Shown here one piece after another: positions 58,697 to 64,000 of a DNA stretch of 64,000 bases. The notes beneath the pieces are model-generated. The model worked only from the letters and a program-made list of their open reading frames with translations. It did not search any database and was not told the DNA's origin. Positions within the stretch are counted from its first letter, which is position 1, and each line of letters opens with the position of its first letter. The stretch comes from Vulcanimicrobiota bacterium. GTDB lineage: Bacteria > Vulcanimicrobiota > Vulcanimicrobiia > Vulcanimicrobiales > Vulcanimicrobiaceae. The translations under genes were made by a program, and so were the position numbers. The stretch is taken from positions 192,001-256,000 of the forward strand of contig CAWAXX010000017.1 of NCBI GenBank assembly GCA_963786105.1. The letters run 5' to 3'.

Positions 58697-60740
58697 TATT
58701 GCCGCCCTGGCGGGAGTCGGGCCGAAAACCGCACCGCTGTTTCGCGAGCTCGGCATAGACACGCCGGCCGCGTTGCTCGAGTACCTACCCTTCCGCTACG
58801 AGGATTTGCGCTTCCCTACGCCGGCGGCTCGTCTTGGCAACGCTCCAGGCGAGGAAAACGCCGTCGGCATCGTGATTGGGGTAAAAGAGCGGCGCGTTCG
58901 CCATCTCGAGATCGTCGAGTTGTCGATGCGCGACGACGTCGGCGATCGGTTCGTCGCCAAGTGGATCGGTCAACGCCGCTTCGTCTACGGACGTTTTCGC
59001 GAAGGAATGCGACTGTTCGTCCGCGGGCGCGTGGAACGTACCTTCGCGGGCGCGGTCGTCAACGTCGGTCACTATGCGGTGCTTGGCGACGGTGAAGAGT
59101 ACCACGGGGAACTAGTGCCGGTTTATCGCGCGAGCAAGGACTTGGCAACGCGGAAGATCGGTGCGGTCGTCAAAAAGAACCTGCCCAAGCTCCTGGAGCT
59201 CGTTCCAACCGATAGCGTACCGGCGGCAATTGCGCAATCGCGTGGCTACGTTCCGTTGCGCGAAGCGTATCGAACCGCCCACGCACCGGCCACCCCCGAA
59301 GAGGCCGATCGTGCGCGGGAACGATTCATCTTCGGCGAGTTTCTGGCACTCGCCACTGCGGCGCAGCTCCGGCGCGCTCAACGCGAGCGCGAACGAGACG
59401 CTCGGGCGCTGCGCGTCCCCTCCGGCTTGCTCGAAGAGTTTTGCGCCGCGCTGCCCTTCGCACTCACCGGTGCCCAGCGACGTTCGATTGTCGAAATTTG
59501 GGACGATATGACGCGCGACGTTCCGATGAACCGATTGTTGCAAGGCGACGTCGGGAGCGGCAAAACGCTGGTCGCGGCAGCGGCGATCGTGCTTGCGTCG
59601 CGCAACGGCGTGCAATCGGCGTTGATGGCCCCCACCGAGATTCTGGCGGCACAGCACTCGGCCAAACTCGCCCCACTATTGCTTCCACTGCGTATTGGCG
59701 TGGAGGCGGTGTTCGGCAGCCAAGGGCTGCGAGCGCGCAACGCCGCCGTCGCGCGTTTAGCCGGCGGCGAAGCCGCGCTGGCGGTCGGAACGCACGCGCT
59801 GCTGACCGAAGGCGTCGATTTCGATCGGCTGGGGCTGGTCGTTATTGACGAACAACATCGCTTCGGCGTCGAGCAGCGCGCACGGTTGCGCGCCAAAGGC
59901 GTGTCGCCGCACACCCTGCACATGACGGCCACGCCCATTCCGCGAACGCTCACGCAATCGATCTATGCCGATCTCGATCTTTCGATCGTCGACGAGCTTC
60001 CCCCGGGACGCACGCCGATCGAAACGTTCGCGGTTCGCAACAGCCGCTTGGAGCGCGTCTACGAATTCGTTCGCGCGAACGTCGCGCGCGGTCATCAGGC
60101 TTACATCGTTGCCCCCGTCATCGACGAGGGGGAACTCGAGCTGACGAGCGCCGTTGCGGAGTTCGAGCGGCTGAAAGCCGACGTGTTCGGGGACTTGAGG
60201 CTGGGGCTGCTTCACGGAAGGCTCGTCCCGCGCGAAAAGGAGGAGGTGATGCAGCGGTTCGTTCGGGGAGAGCTCGACGTTCTGGTGGCCACCACCGTCG
60301 TGGAAGTCGGCGTCGACGTTCCCAATGCTAGCGTCATGGCCGTACTCGACGCGCAGCGATACGGCTTGGCGCAGCTGCATCAGTTGCGCGGGCGCGTCGG
60401 TCGTGGCGGCGCGAAGTCGTTCTGCATCCTCGTCTATCCCGACGAGGCCGCCGAAACCGAACGCCTCGAAATCCTTACGCGCTCGACCGACGGATTCGAC
60501 ATAGCCGAAGAAGATTTGCGCCTGCGCGGCCCCGGTGAACTGGCCGGTACTGCGCAATCCGGCTCGGCCGACCTCCGGCTGGCCGATCTGGTTCGCGATT
60601 TCGACGTCTATCGGGCCGCCAAGTCGGCGGCCGAGGCGATCGTTTCCGACGATCCGCATCTGGCGGCAGCCGAGCATGCGGGACTGCGCGCGCTGCTCGA
60701 ACGGCAGCCGTCGACGCGGGCCCTGCTCCTCAGTTCCTAG
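58689..60740 (+). CDS. recG: ATP-dependent DNA helicase RecG
   Basis: MNRLLQGDVGSGKT, DEQHRFGVEQR, MTATPIPRTL, QLHQLRGRVGRG, DLRLRGPGE. Confidence 0.98.
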   Translation: MDDIAALAGVGPKTAPLFRELGIDTPAALLEYLPFRYEDLRFPTPAARLGNAPGEENAVGIVIGVKERRVRHLEIVELSMRDDVGDRFVAKWIGQRRFVYGRFREGMRLFVRGRVERTFAGAVVNVGHYAVLGDGEEYHGELVPVYRASKDLATRKIGAVVKKNLPKLLELVPTDSVPAAIAQSRGYVPLREAYRTAHAPATPEEADRARERFIFGEFLALATAAQLRRAQRERERDARALRVPSGLLEEFCAALPFALTGAQRRSIVEIWDDMTRDVPMNRLLQGDVGSGKTLVAAAAIVLASRNGVQSALMAPTEILAAQHSAKLAPLLLPLRIGVEAVFGSQGLRARNAAVARLAGGEAALAVGTHALLTEGVDFDRLGLVVIDEQHRFGVEQRARLRAKGVSPHTLHMTATPIPRTLTQSIYADLDLSIVDELPPGRTPIETFAVRNSRLERVYEFVRANVARGHQAYIVAPVIDEGELELTSAVAEFERLKADVFGDLRLGLLHGRLVPREKEEVMQRFVRGELDVLVATTVVEVGVDVPNASVMAVLDAQRYGLAQLHQLRGRVGRGGAKSFCILVYPDEAAETERLEILTRSTDGFDIAEEDLRLRGPGELAGTAQSGSADLRLADLVRDFDVYRAAKSAAEAIVSDDPHLAAAEHAGLRALLERQPSTRALLLSS

Positions 60741-60781
60741 GGCTGGGGGGTTGCCGCCAACGGTCGAGAATAGCGTGTCCG

Positions 60782-63454
60782 ATGCGCACGGCTGGTATTC
60801 TTGTCGCCGTCTTCGCGGCGGTGGCGGCTTCGGTTTGTTTTGCGGCGCCGGCTCGCGCGTCGGGGACGCTGCCGGCCGACGTAACGCGCGCTACGCTCTC
60901 CAACGGTCTGCGAGTGATCGTCGTCCACGATCCCTTGGCCCCGGTGGTCACGGCGATGATGAACTATCAAGTCGGATCGGACGAGCAATGGATCGACGGC
61001 CTCGCGCACGCGACCGAGCACATGATGTTTCGCGGAAGTGCGACGCTGTCGTCGTCGCAACTGATGGAAACCATGGAAATCACCGGCGGAAACTTCGACG
61101 CGGATACCCAGTCGACGGTCACGCAGTATTTTTTCACCGTGCCCTCAGAGTACCTCGATATTGCTCTGCGGGCCGAACGATCTCGCGCGACCGGCGTGGT
61201 CATGGCCCAGGATCAGTGGAACCAAGAGCGCGGTGCGATCACGCAAGAGGTGACTCAGGACAACTCCAACGCGTTGTATCGCTTGTTCGTGAAGATGCAG
61301 CAGCGCATCATTGGTGGGACGCCGTACGCGAAGAACGGTCTGGGAACCGTGTCGAGCTTCGAGCGCGACGTCAACGGCGACCAGCTCCTGAAGTTCTATC
61401 GCGCGTGGTATCATCCTAACAACGCGGTGTACGTGATCGTCGGCGACGTCGATGGACCGGCAACGGTTGCCGAAGTGAGACGGCTGTTCGGCGACGTTCC
61501 GGCCGCGAAGCTTCCGGCGCGCTCTCCCGTCACTCTGAAGCCGTTGCGGCCCGCCACCTATCACGACGTCTCGGATCAATCGTACACGGCGGTGCTCTTG
61601 GGCTACCGTCTTCCGGGTTACGACAGTGCCGACTATGCAGCCGCGCAAATCCTGGCCGACGTTCTCTCAAGCCAGCGCAGCGAGTTCGGCGCCATGCCGT
61701 ACGTCGGGAAGGCGCTAAACACGCAGTTCTTCGTCCAGACCTATCCGAAAACGGCCGTGGGCATTGCGTTCGCCGCCGTTCCGGTTGCTACCAAACCCGA
61801 GACGGTCGATCGCGAGGTGCGTTCGATCATCGCCGGGTACCGTCGAAGCGGGGTTCCGCCCGACTTAGTTTCAGCGGAGAAGTTACGCGAGATCTCGCAA
61901 CTCGAGTTCAACGGCAACTCAATCGAAGGTATGGCTAACGAGTGGAGTCAGGCGGTCGCCGTGCAGGAGCTGCGTTCGCCCGACGATATGATCGCTCGGT
62001 TCGAGGCGGTAAGCGTCGACGACGTCAACCGAGTCTTGCGCCGGAGTCTCGATAACTCGACGGTGGTTGCGGCCTATGCCGTGCCGAAAAATAGCGGCGC
62101 GGTCAGCGCCGGCGGCGGCGAGCTGGCAAAAGAGAACAATGCGATTCCACCGAGCAAGCACGAGCCGCTGCCGGTGTGGGCGCAGCACGTGCTCGACAAC
62201 TTGCAGGTGCCGCGACAAACGCTCGCGCCCACGGACGTGACGCTGTCCAATGGCATTCGATTGATCGTGCAGCCGGAGTTCATCACGCACACGGTGGTGG
62301 TCCGCGGTGAAATCCTCAACGACCCCAACGTGCAGGAGCCGGCCGGCCAGGAAGGCATCGACGACGTCGCTACCGCGCTCTTGCCCTATGGAACGGCTCG
62401 GTACGACCGGGTCGCGTTCCAGCGCGAACTCGATAAGATCGCCGCCAGCACGTCGGCTGGCACCGAATTCGGCCTGGACGTACTATCGGGAAGCTTCGAT
62501 CGCGGTCTCCAGTTGCTTGCGGACGAAGAGCTGCATCCAGCCTTCGACCCGAAAGCGTTCGCCGTCGTCAAGCGCCAAAGCGTCGGTGAACTGACGGGCG
62601 AAGCGACGTCGCCGGACCATCTTGCGGAGGTTGCGCTCGCAAAGGCCCTCTACCCGCCCGGCGATCCCGAGCAGCGATTTGCGTCTCCGCAGAGCGTGGG
62701 CGCTTTAACCCTCGACATGGTGAAGTCGTGGTATTCCGGCGCGTATCGTCCCGACCTCACGACGATCGTCGTCATCGGCGACACCACGCCGGAACAGGCT
62801 AAAGCCGAAGTCGAAAAATATTTCGGCGGCTGGACCGCACAGGGAAATAAGCCCAACACCGAGCCGCCGGCGGTGCCGCCCAATGCACCAAGTCAGGTCG
62901 CGGTACCGGCCACGGGGCGAGTTCAGTCGTCGGTCCAACTCGTCGAAACGGTACCGATGACGCGCACCGATCCCGCATGGCCGCTGTTGCAGGTCGCCGA
63001 CGCCGTACTCACCGGCGGGTTCTACTCGTCGCTGCTCTACCACGACTTGCGCGAAGTCCACGGCTATGCGTACTCGGTTAGCAGCGCGTTTGAAGCCGGC
63101 AAGGTTCGCAGCTCGTTTGAGGTTCGTTACGGCTGCGACCCGAAGAACGTCGTTCCGGCTGAGAGCCAAGTCCTCGCGGTGTTGCGTCAGTTGCAGCAAG
63201 CGCCGATCGAAGCGGATCGCCTATTGCGTTCCAAGGCCTTGCTCATGGGCGAAGTGCCGATCCGGCAAGCCAGTTACGACGGCGTGGGCGATCAACTCCT
63301 AAGTTACGCCAGCCGCGATTTGCCGCTGGATCAGAACGTTGTGGATGCGCGGGCGGAACTTGCCGCGTCGGGAGAGACCATTCGCTCCGCGCTTGCGAAG
63401 TACGTTCGCCCGGAATCCTTCGTTCGCGTCGTGATCGGGCCGCCGGCGAAGTGA
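60782..63454 (+). CDS. Secreted M16 family zinc peptidase (two-module)
   Basis: LSNGLRV, GLAHATEHMMFRGS (HxxEH), WYHPNNA; second LSNG module. Confidence 0.93.
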   Translation: MRTAGILVAVFAAVAASVCFAAPARASGTLPADVTRATLSNGLRVIVVHDPLAPVVTAMMNYQVGSDEQWIDGLAHATEHMMFRGSATLSSSQLMETMEITGGNFDADTQSTVTQYFFTVPSEYLDIALRAERSRATGVVMAQDQWNQERGAITQEVTQDNSNALYRLFVKMQQRIIGGTPYAKNGLGTVSSFERDVNGDQLLKFYRAWYHPNNAVYVIVGDVDGPATVAEVRRLFGDVPAAKLPARSPVTLKPLRPATYHDVSDQSYTAVLLGYRLPGYDSADYAAAQILADVLSSQRSEFGAMPYVGKALNTQFFVQTYPKTAVGIAFAAVPVATKPETVDREVRSIIAGYRRSGVPPDLVSAEKLREISQLEFNGNSIEGMANEWSQAVAVQELRSPDDMIARFEAVSVDDVNRVLRRSLDNSTVVAAYAVPKNSGAVSAGGGELAKENNAIPPSKHEPLPVWAQHVLDNLQVPRQTLAPTDVTLSNGIRLIVQPEFITHTVVVRGEILNDPNVQEPAGQEGIDDVATALLPYGTARYDRVAFQRELDKIAASTSAGTEFGLDVLSGSFDRGLQLLADEELHPAFDPKAFAVVKRQSVGELTGEATSPDHLAEVALAKALYPPGDPEQRFASPQSVGALTLDMVKSWYSGAYRPDLTTIVVIGDTTPEQAKAEVEKYFGGWTAQGNKPNTEPPAVPPNAPSQVAVPATGRVQSSVQLVETVPMTRTDPAWPLLQVADAVLTGGFYSSLLYHDLREVHGYAYSVSSAFEAGKVRSSFEVRYGCDPKNVVPAESQVLAVLRQLQQAPIEADRLLRSKALLMGEVPIRQASYDGVGDQLLSYASRDLPLDQNVVDARAELAASGETIRSALAKYVRPESFVRVVIGPPAK

Positions 63455-64000
63455 TGCGCGACGGAGTCGCCGGCGTCGGGTTCGATCTGGATCATACGAT
63501 CGCGATCGACAATAAGCTCGAACGCGTCGCGCTGATGCGCGTGTTGGAAGCCATCTTGGACGACGGCGGATACGCACTCGGGACGTTAGCCGAGGAGAGC
63601 GATCGGATCGACGACCTGCTCGTGCAGCAGCGCAACGGGAAGTTTTCGATCGACGATGCGGTTCGTGCATTCGCGCGCGAACGCGGCGTTCCGCCGCGAG
63701 ACGAGTACGTCGAGCTTTTCCGAACGTTGGCCGTCGATATGGTCGACGAGTTCGTCATTCCGCTGCTTGGCGCTAAGCACACGTTCCAAGCGCTGCGCGA
63801 GCGGGGCGTGCGGCTGGCGGTGCTTAGCAACGGCTGGAATCCGCTGCAGGTGCGAAAGGCGCAACGCGCCGGGTTCGAGGGCCCGATCCTGGCCAGCGCC
63901 GACCTGGGCGTGCAGAAGCCCTCCGCCCGCGCTTTCGCGGCGTTACTGGACGCGCTAGGCACGAGGGCCGAGAACACGTGGTACGTCGGCGACGATCCAC
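63454..64000 (+). CDS. HAD family hydrolase, 3'-truncated (not in ORF track)
   Basis: ATG overlapping TGA; GFDLDHT, LSNG, KP, YVGDD motifs. Confidence 0.88.
   Translation, partial: MRDGVAGVGFDLDHTIAIDNKLERVALMRVLEAILDDGGYALGTLAEESDRIDDLLVQQRNGKFSIDDAVRAFARERGVPPRDEYVELFRTLAVDMVDEFVIPLLGAKHTFQALRERGVRLAVLSNGWNPLQVRKAQRAGFEGPILASADLGVQKPSARAFAALLDALGTRAENTWYVGDDP

Overview
64 kb of GC-rich bacterial chromosome. Gene content and style suggest a soil Candidatus Eremiobacterota (Vulcanimicrobiota)-like organism; this is inference only. Housekeeping genes (tsaD, thrS, pstSCAB, aqpZ, a DEAD-box helicase, lhr, panE, recG, six tRNAs) are interleaved with many secreted hydrolases and small accessory genes. 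No integrase, transposase, CRISPR array, rRNA or phage genes were seen. Main points of interest: (1) a PHA locus, phaB-phaC-XRE regulator-putative phasin, whose regulator resembles the actinobacterial lipid-droplet regulator Rv0474/MLDSR rather than PhaR, with a similar candidate operator at two promoters; (2) a complete leader-peptide attenuator (promoter, 30-aa uORF, mutually exclusive antiterminator and terminator) in front of an unknown 65-aa protein; (3) a multi-stem RNA leader upstream of a TOBE + molybdate/tungstate-binding gene pair; (4) tandem phosphoesterase lipoproteins with an identical 3' part and patchy divergence, plus a decayed relative missed by the ORF track; (5) a recurring non-sigma70 promoter-like motif ((C/A)GAA-N10-12-start) and a REP-like mini-hairpin repeat with covarying stems. 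Family assignments rest on motif recognition by eye, not database searches.
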